From Promethearchaeota archaeon (GTDB taxonomy: Archaea > Asgardarchaeota > Lokiarchaeia > Sigyniarchaeales > SOKP01), in the NCBI GenBank assembly GCA_004524535.1, contig SDNY01000017.1, forward strand, positions 1 through 40,599: 40,599 bases of DNA, written 5' to 3'. This document shows, piece by piece, positions 27,460-37,850 of this stretch. The notes beneath the pieces were generated by a model. It was not told where the DNA came from. It saw only the letters and a list, made by a program, of their open reading frames with translations, and did no database searches. The translations under genes and the position numbers were made by a program. How positions within the stretch are numbered: the stretch's first letter is position 1; each line of letters begins with the position of its first letter.

Positions 27460-27514
27460 AGCGTGCGCAATGGCTTTATTTATTTTAGAATTTCTTGCTT
27501 TTATCTCTTTATAA
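27443..27514 (+). terminator. putative attenuator hairpin plus U-rich tract
   Basis: GCACGC-ATAGA-GCGTGC (27450-27466), extended by GTTGTTG/CAATGGC, followed by TTTATTTATTTTAGAATTTCTTGCTTTT. Confidence 0.65.
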
Positions 27515-27635
27515 TTCTAAAAATTTTCTGTTTGAATTGTAAAGAATAAAGGGGTTTTCTACAATATTAGAAATTCTAATTCTCTTAACATTTTTTAAAA
27601 TTTTATCAAAAAAAAAATAAAAATATTGCATAAAA

Positions 27636-28691
27636 ATGTCTACAGAAAAAATAGTTGATGGTTTGAAAAAAATAACTCAAAAAGTAAGCTTAACAAGTGA
27701 AGAAGCAGAAAATATAATGAGAGAGATAATGTCCGGTAAGGTACAAGACGCTCAATTAGGAGCATTTTTAACAGGTTTAGCTATGAAGGGAGAGTCTGTT
27801 GATGAAATCACAGGGTTTGCTCTAATAATGAGAGAATTTGCAAATCAAATTGAACCTAATGTAAAGGGAGATTTATTAGATACTTGTGGAACGGGAGGAG
27901 ATAAGATTAAAACATTCAACATTAGTACACTTTCGGCCTTAGTTGTTGCAGGAGCTGGAATACCCGTTGCAAAACACGGGAATCGTGCTGTAACTAGTAC
28001 ATGTGGTAGTGCAGATTTATTGGAGGGTTTAGGAGTGAAAATTAATTTACCTCCTGAAGAAGTCAAAAATTGTATTGAAAAAGTAGGTATTGGATTTATG
28101 TTTGCGCCTTTATTTCATCCGGCGATGAAATATGCTATGCCTACTAGAAGGGCTCTAAAATTAAGAACTGTCTTTAATATACTTGGCCCATTAACAAATC
28201 CTGCAAAAGCCAATTGTCATGTATTAGGCGTATTTCAAAAAGATTTAATCCCTGTTATGGCCAAGGTATTAAACGGCTTGGGTGCAAAACATGTTTTTAC
28301 AGTTCATAACTCATATGGTATTGATGAAGTAGCACCAGTAGGAATAAATTATATCACAGAACTTAAGAATGGAACAATTGAGAGTTATGCAATTACCAAT
28401 GAAGATTTTGGCATTCCTGATTGTTCTATAAATGATATATTAGCGGGAAACACTGAAGAAAATCTTAAAATCGCAGTGAATATCTTAAAAAATAAAGTTA
28501 TAGATGCAAAATATAACACGGTATTAATGAATGCTGCATTAGCTCTTAAAAGTGTAAATAAGGCAAGCGATATCAAAGAAGGAATTGAAATCGCTAAAAA
28601 TGTTATTGAATCTGGAAGTGTTTTTGAAAAACTTAAACAATTTATCGAAGTATCCGGTGGAACTCAAGATAAGTTAATGAGTTTGTTATAA
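27636..28691 (+). CDS. trpD: anthranilate phosphoribosyltransferase
   Basis: DTCGTGGD, FNIST, KHGNRAVTS and RTVFNILGPLTNPA motifs. Confidence 0.97.
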   Translation: MSTEKIVDGLKKITQKVSLTSEEAENIMREIMSGKVQDAQLGAFLTGLAMKGESVDEITGFALIMREFANQIEPNVKGDLLDTCGTGGDKIKTFNISTLSALVVAGAGIPVAKHGNRAVTSTCGSADLLEGLGVKINLPPEEVKNCIEKVGIGFMFAPLFHPAMKYAMPTRRALKLRTVFNILGPLTNPAKANCHVLGVFQKDLIPVMAKVLNGLGAKHVFTVHNSYGIDEVAPVGINYITELKNGTIESYAITNEDFGIPDCSINDILAGNTEENLKIAVNILKNKVIDAKYNTVLMNAALALKSVNKASDIKEGIEIAKNVIESGSVFEKLKQFIEVSGGTQDKLMSLL

Positions 28692-28702
28692 AAAAAAAAA
28701 GC

Positions 28703-29509
28703 TTGAGATTAATGATTTCGAATAAAATAAAAGAAATAGTTGAGCAACGGAAAAAGTCTATTCAAAGAGACATAGATTTCATGAGAGATATAGGTAGTGA
28801 GATTTTCAAAAATAATCGGAGACCTTTAAGTGAGATTATTAAAAATAATCAAGGGATTTCAATTATTTCAGAGATTAAACCAGCATCTCCTACTTTAGGT
28901 AATATTAAAAAGAATATTAATGTTAAGGAGATTGCTACAGAAATGGAAAGTGCAGGGGTAATTGGATTAAGCGTTTTAACTGAACCTAATTATTTTAACG
29001 GATCCTATGAAAATCTCAAGTTAGCGATACAAAGTACGAAATTGCCGTGTTTAATGAAAGATTTCGTTGTTGATGAGATCCAATACAAGATTGCTGCGCA
29101 AATAGGAGCAACTAATATTTTGATTATAAATTCAATTTGCAATTTGGAGGATTCCTACCGCAAAGCTTTAGAATATAGTTTAGAACCTCTGATTGAAATC
29201 CATAATATTGAAGAACTCAATGATATTCGTCATTTATATGATATAGGTTTTAAACCTACATTAATCGGAGTGAATAATCGAAATTTGAAAACATTGGAAA
29301 TTGATCTAAACACTTCTAAAGAGATTATACCCAAAATAAAGAGGGAATTTGGGGATGATATAATTGTTGTTAGCGAGAGTGGTGTGAATATCATAGAGAA
29401 TATTAATTTTCTCTTACAATATCAAGCTGACGCATTTTTAATAGGATCCTCAATAATGAAATCAAATAACATAAAAGAAAAAATACTATCATTAAGAGGG
29501 GTAAATTAA
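28703..29509 (+). CDS. trpC: indole-3-glycerol phosphate synthase
   Basis: ISEIKPASPT, SVLTEP, MKDF, GVNNRNL and VSESG motifs. Confidence 0.96.
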   Translation: MRLMISNKIKEIVEQRKKSIQRDIDFMRDIGSEIFKNNRRPLSEIIKNNQGISIISEIKPASPTLGNIKKNINVKEIATEMESAGVIGLSVLTEPNYFNGSYENLKLAIQSTKLPCLMKDFVVDEIQYKIAAQIGATNILIINSICNLEDSYRKALEYSLEPLIEIHNIEELNDIRHLYDIGFKPTLIGVNNRNLKTLEIDLNTSKEIIPKIKREFGDDIIVVSESGVNIIENINFLLQYQADAFLIGSSIMKSNNIKEKILSLRGVN

Positions 29510-30156
29510 TGGATTACGTTAAGGTTTGTGGCTTAAAAGAAACTGAACACATTGAATTATGCAGTAAAAATGAAGCTAATGCCGTAGGTTTCATTTACAA
29601 TGTTCCTAATTCTCCAAGAAATTTAGAAAAATCCAAATTAATGAATCTTTTAAATGACATTCCTAAGAATTTATTAAGAGTAGTTGTATTTAAACCCCAA
29701 AACGTGTTAGAATTAGAAAAAATAACCAATGAAATAGATGTTGATTTATATCAGATTCATAATAATTTTGAAGAACAAGAATTGGATGAGATTTCAATTG
29801 ATTTAAAGAAAAAGATTATTTTAGCTTTACAAGTAAATCCTTCCAATAAAGATGACGTAATTAATAAGATTAATAAATATTATGACCAATTTTTTGGATT
29901 TTTAATTGATAATAGTGAAGGTCATGGTACAGAATTTAATTTTAATATCGTTGCCGATATCATAGATAATACCAAAGGAGCGAGTATAATAGTCGCTGGA
30001 GGTATTAATATTAATAATATTGAAATTATAATTAAAAATTTAAACCCTTATGGAATTGATGTAAGTAGCTCATTAGAATCCGAAAAAGGGGTTAAAGATC
30101 CATTAAAAATTGAAAATTTTTTAAAAAAAGTAAATGAAATTAAGAAAACATTATGA
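29509..30156 (+). CDS. trpF: phosphoribosylanthranilate isomerase
   Basis: VKVCGL, SPR, QIH, AGGI, IDVSSSLE and GVKD motifs. Confidence 0.95.
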   Translation: MDYVKVCGLKETEHIELCSKNEANAVGFIYNVPNSPRNLEKSKLMNLLNDIPKNLLRVVVFKPQNVLELEKITNEIDVDLYQIHNNFEEQELDEISIDLKKKIILALQVNPSNKDDVINKINKYYDQFFGFLIDNSEGHGTEFNFNIVADIIDNTKGASIIVAGGININNIEIIIKNLNPYGIDVSSSLESEKGVKDPLKIENFLKKVNEIKKTL

Positions 30157-30165
30157 GGAATAAAT

Positions 30166-31368
30166 ATGAAATATAATGGGATATATCCTAATAAGTGCGG
30201 TAAATTTGGGGATTTCGGAGGTATTTTTGCTCCAGAGGTTCTCATGCCGGCACTTTGTGAGCTGGATGAAGCTTTTGAAAAATATAGAAATGACGAAAGT
30301 TTCAAGAAAGAGTTTTATCAGATACTCGAATCATATGGGGGCCGTCCAACACCTTTATTTTATGCTAAAAGACTAAGCGAAAATGTAGGATGCAAAGTAT
30401 ATTTGAAAAGAGAAGATTTACTTCATGGTGGAGCTCACAAATTAAACAATGTAATAGGACAGGCTTTATTAGCCAAGAGAATGGGAAAGAAAAAGCTTGT
30501 AGCAGAAACAGGAGCAGGACAACATGGGTTTGCTACTGCTATTGCTGGAGCTTATTTCGGTATGGAAACAAAAGTATTCATGGGAAAAGTAGATATAGCC
30601 AGACAAGCTTACAATGTTTATCGCATGCAATTACTTGGTGCTGAAGTAATACCTGTGGAAAGTGGTTCAAAAACATTGAAGGATGCAATTAATGATGGAC
30701 TTAGATATTGGATCACCAATGTAAGAGATACTCACTATTTAATGGGAAGCGTTGTCGGTCCACATCCATATCCTCTATTAGTTAGAGAATTCCAAAGAAT
30801 TATTGGAATTGAAACTAAAAAGCAAATAATGGAGTTAGAGGGTAGATTACCTAATGCAATCATGGCTTGTATTGGTGGTGGAAGTAATGCTATAGGAATA
30901 ATGTATGATTTCATTGAAAATGAGAACGTCCAGTTAATTGGAGTTGAGGCTGCTGGAGAGGGTTTAGAAACAGGAAAACATTCAATAGCATTAGGTTTAG
31001 GTCGCAGAGGCGTATTACATGGATCCTTAATGTATCTATTACAAAATGAATATGGTAATATATTAAAGAGTCATTCTATAAGTGCGGGACTAGACTACCC
31101 TGGTGTTGGTCCCGAACATTGTTTTTTAAAAGAATTATCAAGGCTTAGAGTAGAAACCGCAACAGATAATGAGACTCTAGAATCTTTTCAAAAATTATCC
31201 GTTTTAGAAGGGATAATTCCAGCATTGGAGTCATCGCATGCACTTGCATGTCTGGAAAAAATTAAGGGTGAGTTTAATAAGGATGACATTGTAATAATTA
31301 ATTTATCTGGTTCAGGTTCTAAAGATCTAAATATAATCAAACAACGTTTGGAGTTTAAAGTAAAATGA
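30166..31368 (+). CDS. trpB: tryptophan synthase beta chain (TrpB1)
   Basis: [31 protein letters not shown] and [15 protein letters not shown] motifs. Confidence 0.97.
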   Translation: MKYNGIYPNKCGKFGDFGGIFAPEVLMPALCELDEAFEKYRNDESFKKEFYQILESYGGRPTPLFYAKRLSENVGCKVYLKREDLLHGGAHKLNNVIGQALLAKRMGKKKLVAETGAGQHGFATAIAGAYFGMETKVFMGKVDIARQAYNVYRMQLLGAEVIPVESGSKTLKDAINDGLRYWITNVRDTHYLMGSVVGPHPYPLLVREFQRIIGIETKKQIMELEGRLPNAIMACIGGGSNAIGIMYDFIENENVQLIGVEAAGEGLETGKHSIALGLGRRGVLHGSLMYLLQNEYGNILKSHSISAGLDYPGVGPEHCFLKELSRLRVETATDNETLESFQKLSVLEGIIPALESSHALACLEKIKGEFNKDDIVIINLSGSGSKDLNIIKQRLEFKVK

Positions 31369-32204
31369 ATGATACAAATAGAATTTTGGACCTTTTTAAT
31401 GAGAAGAATTCATTAGAGGAAAAATATTTTATGCCATTTCTAGTTTGTGGAGATCCTTCGATTGAGCAGTTTATATCGATGGTTAAAAAGATCGCTCTAT
31501 ATATAGATCTTTTAGAATTAGGTGTGCCATTTAGCGACCCAATTGCTGATGGTCCTACCATTCAAGAGGCAAATATGAGAGCTTTCGAAGCAGGCATCAA
31601 TACAAAAGTAGCGCTCGATACAATTAAGAAAATTAGGACATTTTTCACTAAACCAATTGTTATTTTAACTTATTATAACATTCTAATTCAAGGGTCAGAG
31701 ACAATAGAAAGTTCTTTGGATAATACATTGAGAAGATTCAAGGAGAGTGGTATTGATGGAATTGTTATCGCCGATCTACCAATTGAGGAAGCAGGCTTAG
31801 CTTTAAAATATTGCAAAAAGCACGATATATCACTTATATTTTTGATTGCTCCTACTACTACCGACGATAGATTAGAAAAGATCTTGAAAGAAGCAAGAGG
31901 ATTTATCTATTTAATATCAATATTGGGTGTTACTGGTGCTCGAGAAAAAGTAGCTCAAATCACGAAAGAAACGATTAAAAGAGTAAAAGAAAAAATCAAA
32001 ACGAGGATTCCTGTTTTCTTGGGATTCGGCATATCTAAACCAGAACATGCATCCGCTGTAGCTGAATTAGGAGCTGATGGCATTATCATTGGCTCGGCAA
32101 TAATAGATATCATTAAGAGAAATTTAAGCAATTTTAATAAAATGGAGCAAGAATTAATCGAATTTGTATCAAGTATAAAAAATGCGATAAAGAGGTCGAA
32201 TTAA
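31365..32204 (+). CDS. trpA: tryptophan synthase alpha chain
   Basis: [22 protein letters not shown] and GFGIS motifs; ATGA overlap with trpB. Confidence 0.97.
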   Translation: MNDTNRILDLFNEKNSLEEKYFMPFLVCGDPSIEQFISMVKKIALYIDLLELGVPFSDPIADGPTIQEANMRAFEAGINTKVALDTIKKIRTFFTKPIVILTYYNILIQGSETIESSLDNTLRRFKESGIDGIVIADLPIEEAGLALKYCKKHDISLIFLIAPTTTDDRLEKILKEARGFIYLISILGVTGAREKVAQITKETIKRVKEKIKTRIPVFLGFGISKPEHASAVAELGADGIIIGSAIIDIIKRNLSNFNKMEQELIEFVSSIKNAIKRSN

Positions 32205-32206
32205 GA

Positions 32207-32242
32207 ATGGAATTTGATATACATATAGAAAAAATTGGATTA
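32207..32242 (+). pseudogene. relic 5' end of trpE directly after trpA
   Basis: MEFDIHIEKIGL versus MEFDIHIEKLGF at the start of trpE (39434). Begins 2 nt after the trpA stop. Confidence 0.8.
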
Positions 32243-33127
32243 TTTACCAATCACTTCTTCGAACTTAATTTGGACATATTTTATAATTCCTAACTTCTTT
32301 GCCCATCTTAATATATAATTTATTCGTTTTTCAATAGTAATATCTAATAATATCACGGCAGGTATCGAAAGGATCGCTATTATTAGCGGAAATATCAAAA
32401 ACAGAGGAAGTTCTGGACCCCCAAAAAAACCTTTTTGGATCATTGTTATAACAAATACATAAAAAGAAAAGGCTAAACCAATTCCAGCGAAACCTTGCAA
32501 AAAATACAAGTACCACCCTCCTACACTTCGAATCTCAACCAGATCTCGTTTATTCTCAACTTTTTCAGCATTAGAATATACAATACCTGCATCTATCAAG
32601 AACCAAACGGAGGAGAATAAAAACATAGAAATTCCGACTGTAATACTAAGTAGCATTCCTAAAGTGATTAATACACCTTCACCACCCGCTTTTTCGATAT
32701 AAATAAAGTTGTTTACGATGTCATCGTTTATAACGAGCATTAAAGCAAGGTTAATACTAGTCAAACCTGGAAATAGCGCTCTAAATGTATAATTAAATTT
32801 TTCAGGAGTCTCCCGTATTTCTATTCCATATTCCATTTTTCGACCTATTGTTGATTTATGAAGGTAAAGAAATATTGGCCCTAACAAATATCCACCTAAT
32901 AATCCTCCAATTATTGCTGCTAAAACAACCATACCAAATGAAAATAATATCCAATGTCCTGTGCTATCAAATTTGATTATTTTAACATAGTCAGTGGCTT
33001 GAATTTCAATTTTAAAAATTATTATAATAATAGACAATATAATAAAAAAGCCAAATGTAGTAAAAAACAAAATTATTGGTTTTTTATATTTTTTAAAATT
33101 CACAATTTTTATGAATAGATTACTCAA
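32240..33127 (-). CDS. hypothetical membrane protein
   Basis: 295 aa, about 6 TM segments. Confidence 0.7.
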   Translation of the reverse strand: MSNLFIKIVNFKKYKKPIILFFTTFGFFIILSIIIIIFKIEIQATDYVKIIKFDSTGHWILFSFGMVVLAAIIGGLLGGYLLGPIFLYLHKSTIGRKMEYGIEIRETPEKFNYTFRALFPGLTSINLALMLVINDDIVNNFIYIEKAGGEGVLITLGMLLSITVGISMFLFSSVWFLIDAGIVYSNAEKVENKRDLVEIRSVGGWYLYFLQGFAGIGLAFSFYVFVITMIQKGFFGGPELPLFLIFPLIIAILSIPAVILLDITIEKRINYILRWAKKLGIIKYVQIKFEEVIGK

Positions 33128-34025
33128 TTAGAAGTTTTCTAATTTTCTTTCTTGAATTTTCTACATCCAATAGTGTAGAAGAATTTTTAATACTCAAAGC
33201 ATCTGCCCAAATATTTAACTCGTGAGAATTATATTCTGAGATCTCTTTACTCTCCCTTAAATCATTATAGTAGGTCTCCATTTTTTTTATTTGGGATTGA
33301 TTAGCTGTACCATTTTTTCTCAATATATTATAACTTTCGAAAGTAAATCCCGATTTATGGTTTTCATAATCATCCTTACCCTTCATTGAATTTGTTACAA
33401 AATAATTATTCCATAATTTCTTATCAATAGGCGGGACAATCAAAATTGACATGTTTCTATTTAATTTTCCATAAAGATTATCTTTTAGATAATCTCCTAC
33501 TGATGCTTCAAAACCAAACAGAGAGATAAAAATAATTTGTGGGATTATCTTAGAATACTGTTTAAGCTTTTTTCTATGCAGTAATTGAGCAAATCTCTCA
33601 ACTTCACCAGTTAATTTAAGAACTTGAATTAATTTTAATGGTTGGATTTTCTTATTGGTAAAAACAAAGGTGATTTTAAGATTACCATTCTCTTCTTCTC
33701 CCTCATCAGAATATTGATCTTCAATCCTATCCTTTAATGGTTTAAAATCATTTCTTGTACTCTTAGAAGTAGGATTAGAAATCTGTTCTTCAACTTCGTT
33801 TATAATTAAATCAGCAATTCGTTGCTGAACTGCATTATTAAATGCAAAATTGTGATTTCTAAATGTCTTTATAGAATTTTTTTTTGAGATAATAATTTTA
33901 CTTTCGATTGAATCTATGTAAGGGCCATAAACATCCTGCCATATATCCAATGGACCGTCTATTTCAAATAATGAAAAAGGATATTTTCCCAAAATATCAG
34001 AATAACTTTCTGTATGTATTGTCAT
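33120..34025 (-). CDS. hypothetical protein
   Basis: 301-aa ORF, GAGGAG SD, overlapping the downstream gene. Confidence 0.7.
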   Translation of the reverse strand: MTIHTESYSDILGKYPFSLFEIDGPLDIWQDVYGPYIDSIESKIIISKKNSIKTFRNHNFAFNNAVQQRIADLIINEVEEQISNPTSKSTRNDFKPLKDRIEDQYSDEGEEENGNLKITFVFTNKKIQPLKLIQVLKLTGEVERFAQLLHRKKLKQYSKIIPQIIFISLFGFEASVGDYLKDNLYGKLNRNMSILIVPPIDKKLWNNYFVTNSMKGKDDYENHKSGFTFESYNILRKNGTANQSQIKKMETYYNDLRESKEISEYNSHELNIWADALSIKNSSTLLDVENSRKKIRKLLIE

Positions 34026-34587
34026 TTATTTTACTCCTCTTTTTTAATTTTAGAATGTGTTAAAATCTTTTAATTGAAGTCTGTTTTCTCACATTCAATG
34101 AAACAACTTTAAATTAAATCTCATAATATCTTCAATTTTAAAGGGCAACTGTAAAAATATCATAAGATATTTATCTACTTTCATTATGGTAACAAATAAG
34201 AAAGACACTGATACAAGAGAAATAATTTAAAAACAAATCTTACACTTAAAAATTTAAAGGATCTGAAATTTTTTTTGTGTCTGTATTAATAGTAGTAATA
34301 ATTATATTTATAATTAACGCTAAATTGTTTTATTTTATTAAAACTCAGCAGATATAAAATTTTTTTTTATAAAAGTTTAAAAGCTGAAATTTTTTTAAGT
34401 TTAATCTCTCAAAATCCCTAATTTTAAATTAAGTCTCTATTTTAATACTTAGATTTGTAATCGGGGATAATTTCTGAAAGAAAAGACTCCCAAGATACTG
34501 TACATGGAATCATATTATAATTTATATAAGAAAAACTTATACTTTTGAATTTTTTTTTATTATTGAAAAAGAAAGGAAATCTAGACT

Positions 34588-35601
34588 ATGATAGAGAAAT
34601 TTTTAGTTATATCTTATTTTGACATGCTCTTAGGGCCTAATATCCTTTATTGCAAAACCGAAGATACTAATAATATCTATGAATTTCCTGATTTAAAGAA
34701 ATTATTGGAATTTATTGATGATGAGGGTACCTTTTTATTTTCTTTTAGAAAATTTCAAACTGTTAATACTGTTTTTTATATGAAATCTGATATTGCAAGG
34801 GGAGGAGAAGATCTACTTATGATTTCTTGTGTAATCCGAGCATCTTATTTTAAGAATGAACTTACTGATATTCTTCAATACTTAGAAGCAAAGAAACCTA
34901 TTTTGGAAAAATTTGCAGCTGAATTGAAAGTACTCCCTAATTTTAACTTAATTCTACACAAACATAAACAAAACCCGACCATAAAACAATTTACACAATA
35001 TTGCAAAGAAATTAATGTAGATTTTTTTTCTATTTATGATAAATTTTTTGATCTAATTTATCCGGAATCTGAAATCAGAATTATCACCCAAGATATTAAT
35101 CTTCAAAAAAAAATTCTACTAATAGGACCTAAAGGTTCTGGTAAAGATACTTTCTTAAGATCCATTGAAGCGCTCCAATTTTATAGTCAAAATAAATTAG
35201 ATATTCCCACTAGAATTTTGGGAATTATAATTGACAATATTATTCTGTCTAGTAGTGCTGATTTTTTAGATGATAAAATCGGATTAGACAACGCTCAAGC
35301 GATAATTTTTCTTATTAAAAATCAAGATAAAAACCACTATAATGAAGTCAATTCATTAATAGAAAAATTTATTTCTTCCTATTCAAACCAGAGGTTTGGA
35401 ACAGTTCCGCTTTTAATAATAAATAATGTTTTTAAGGGTAAGATCCCTTTAAGAGAAAAAGACATAAGAAAAAATATTTCTCAACTCAAAAAAATAAAAA
35501 GAGAAAAAATTCCTATTAAATTTTATTCACTAAATGTTAATAAACAAGACCCTAAATTATTAGACCCTTTAAAGTGGTTAATTAAAGAAATTTTTACTTA
35601 A
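34588..35601 (+). CDS. longin/uDENN-like N-terminal domain plus degenerate small-GTPase domain
   Basis: N-terminal ISYFDMLLGP (longin/uDENN-like FD-x2-GP). KILLIGPKGSGKDT P-loop, AQAIIFL and VPLLIINN, with no clear G3 DxxG. Confidence 0.55.
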   Translation: MIEKFLVISYFDMLLGPNILYCKTEDTNNIYEFPDLKKLLEFIDDEGTFLFSFRKFQTVNTVFYMKSDIARGGEDLLMISCVIRASYFKNELTDILQYLEAKKPILEKFAAELKVLPNFNLILHKHKQNPTIKQFTQYCKEINVDFFSIYDKFFDLIYPESEIRIITQDINLQKKILLIGPKGSGKDTFLRSIEALQFYSQNKLDIPTRILGIIIDNIILSSSADFLDDKIGLDNAQAIIFLIKNQDKNHYNEVNSLIEKFISSYSNQRFGTVPLLIINNVFKGKIPLREKDIRKNISQLKKIKREKIPIKFYSLNVNKQDPKLLDPLKWLIKEIFT

Positions 35602-35797
35602 ATATGTCCAAATCAGTAAGGAAATATTCTCTGGTAAAAAACAATTCCTTCACGTAAAAATGTGAAGTTAATACTTTTTTATGGTGGTTATAATATTTTT
35701 GAACATATTGATTTTAAATACTCTTCTCAAACATTCACTACTTTTTTAATTAACAATTTAATTTGTATTGTATCGAGCATTTTAAGAATGTTATTGT

Positions 35798-36403
35798 TTA
35801 TTCTTTTGAAATTGACTTTTTCTTTTTAGATTCTAATCTCTTTATACTCTGTTCATAAACTTTTTCAAGTTTTTGCTTTCTATTTAAATATTTATTTGTC
35901 TCATCATCAATTGCTTTATTTAATTTTTTTATTTTTTCAGAAAAACTAATACTATGTACGATTTTAATTGATTTTGGCTCTTTATTTATGATCCCTCTTA
36001 AATCTTTAGAAAAAGAATTAAACAAATCAATATTTACATACCATAATTCTTGGTTATATAAGTTCTCAAACTTTAAATTAAATTTTTTACCGATTCTCTC
36101 AATTAAAACATTTACTTTCGTTTCATCCATATCTATTTTGTCAGAAATAGATATTACCAACATGATTTGCTTTAAAAAATAAAAAAAGATCTTATGATTT
36201 GATAACTTTATATGTTTTATCTCACCTACAAACACTTCATCTGCAAAATTAACTAATGCTGAAAGAAAACTTAAAATCATATCAGTTGAAATCCCATATT
36301 TTGTTATATCTTTATAAATTTCTTCAAAAATAACAATTCCAGATTCAGTTTCTGATATCCAGACAGCATCAATAAAATCTTCAATCCTTTGCTTTTTTGG
36401 CAT
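35798..36403 (-). CDS. longin-like domain protein with coiled-coil tail
   Basis: VWIS-x3-SGIVIF, LSFLSALVNFADE and IKHIKLSNHKIFF follow the longin beta-beta-alpha-beta pattern. Confidence 0.6.
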   Translation of the reverse strand: MPKKQRIEDFIDAVWISETESGIVIFEEIYKDITKYGISTDMILSFLSALVNFADEVFVGEIKHIKLSNHKIFFYFLKQIMLVISISDKIDMDETKVNVLIERIGKKFNLKFENLYNQELWYVNIDLFNSFSKDLRGIINKEPKSIKIVHSISFSEKIKKLNKAIDDETNKYLNRKQKLEKVYEQSIKRLESKKKKSISKE

Positions 36404-36495
36404 ATTTTCTTTTTAGGTTATTAATTAAAATAAATCAAAAACTCCCTACAAATTAGAAATTGCATCTGACTATTTAATTTTTTTATTATTCTATC

Positions 36496-37722
36496 TTATG
36501 AACGGTCCAACTTCCTCTTTTTTGCGAACAAATCTTTTAATTCGGTCATAAGTGATTGTCTAACGTTTGGACCCTGGAGTCTTAGTGTAGATTCTGTAGA
36601 CGGGTGTGATGGTGGTGAGGCTTCGATAGGACCTGCAAAGATTTGCTGAGATAATTCTTTCGGAACAGTAACTGATTCAATAGCAACGATTCTTCTTTCT
36701 AACTCATTACAAAACTCAGATAACGTTATAACAGCGTTTAGCGTTTTTTTAATCGTTTCGCCTAAGCTGCTAATTTTCTCGGTAGTTGCTTCAGTGTCGT
36801 AGAGAAATGAATCTTTATCCCTTAATATCTCTTTTAATGATAATGAAAACTTTGGTTTCTTTGATATTAATGAGTAGATTGAGCTAAGATAGACTTCATA
36901 GTCAAATTTTTTTTCCTTAAGCAAAACGCTAACAATATCCTTAACGACCTCTACTTGAAGAGATATGTCAGGATCATCTCTAATTTCAGGGTCATATTTA
37001 TGAATTAGGACTATAATCTGAGGGTAAATTTCAATTCTATCTAAAATTTGAAGGATTTCATTGAAATATTGAAAATTATCATCAAATTTTTCAGGATCTT
37101 GTACATCTATAACGTAGACCAATAAATGGGTATTTAGAAAATTTTGTTCTTTTGAAAGATGGCTTTTCCTATATTCTTGCTGGCCCCCAAAATCCCAAAT
37201 CGCTAACTCCATATCATGTGTTTTTATTGTCTGGAAATCTATACCTTTCGTTGGCTCTAATTCGGCAATATTTTCAATCCCTAAGCGCCCTCCAATTTTT
37301 GATATAATTGCTGTTTTACCCGCATTATCAAGCCCTAATACTACTACTTTTTGTTTTTCCTTTTCTATTGGAAAAGATTTTTGTTTGATTAATTCTATAA
37401 GTATGGTAATTGTAATTGCTTTCTTTATTTTCTCTTCTAATTCTGGTTTAGCTTTCAATATATTCTTTACTAATGATTTAGTCTCATCCGATTTAAATAA
37501 TTCTTTAAAAGGGTCCTCTTGATTCAATTTCGTAAAATCTTTAATTTTTGAAATCCTGAATATTTTTTGTATATTTTCAACGTCCCTCTCTTCTAAAAAC
37601 TTATAAGCAGAAAGTGGTAGTTTAAACACACTCTCGATATCCTTCAGTTTGTCTAATTTAACTGTTTTTGGATTCAAAAACTTAGAAATTAAATCTAATT
37701 TACTCGATAATTTTTTGGACAT
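36496..37722 (-). CDS. Arf/Rag-like small GTPase with N- and C-terminal extensions
   Basis: G1 GLDNAGKT, G2 PTKG, G3 WDFGGQ, G4 HKYD, G5 SSI. Confidence 0.88.
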   Translation of the reverse strand: MSKKLSSKLDLISKFLNPKTVKLDKLKDIESVFKLPLSAYKFLEERDVENIQKIFRISKIKDFTKLNQEDPFKELFKSDETKSLVKNILKAKPELEEKIKKAITITILIELIKQKSFPIEKEKQKVVVLGLDNAGKTAIISKIGGRLGIENIAELEPTKGIDFQTIKTHDMELAIWDFGGQQEYRKSHLSKEQNFLNTHLLVYVIDVQDPEKFDDNFQYFNEILQILDRIEIYPQIIVLIHKYDPEIRDDPDISLQVEVVKDIVSVLLKEKKFDYEVYLSSIYSLISKKPKFSLSLKEILRDKDSFLYDTEATTEKISSLGETIKKTLNAVITLSEFCNELERRIVAIESVTVPKELSQQIFAGPIEASPPSHPSTESTLRLQGPNVRQSLMTELKDLFAKKRKLDRS

Positions 37723-37850
37723 AATTTAAAATACACCATTATATGTTTTGGCATCGTCAATATTAATACATTTAAAATTATTTCTTTCCTTTTAAATTAT
37801 CTTCATTATCCTTTACTTCATTATCCTCTATGAGATAAATATTACCCAAT

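Noticed and set aside
31300-31330. Trp[10 protein letters not shown] instead of the usual NLSGRGDKD as a sign of inactivation
   Set aside because: The PLP lysine, GGGSN loop and Ser of this motif are intact and the operon is complete; likely lineage variation.
570-36182. Other short ORFs nested in or antisense to long genes (e.g. 570, 1348, 8913, 9549, 13583, 14175, 16293, 16904, 17199, 19328, 19671, 21458, 25885, 26176, 27845, 28385, 30048, 30176, 30390, 31355, 32331, 35988)
   Set aside because: Shadow frames of well-supported genes with no independent evidence.
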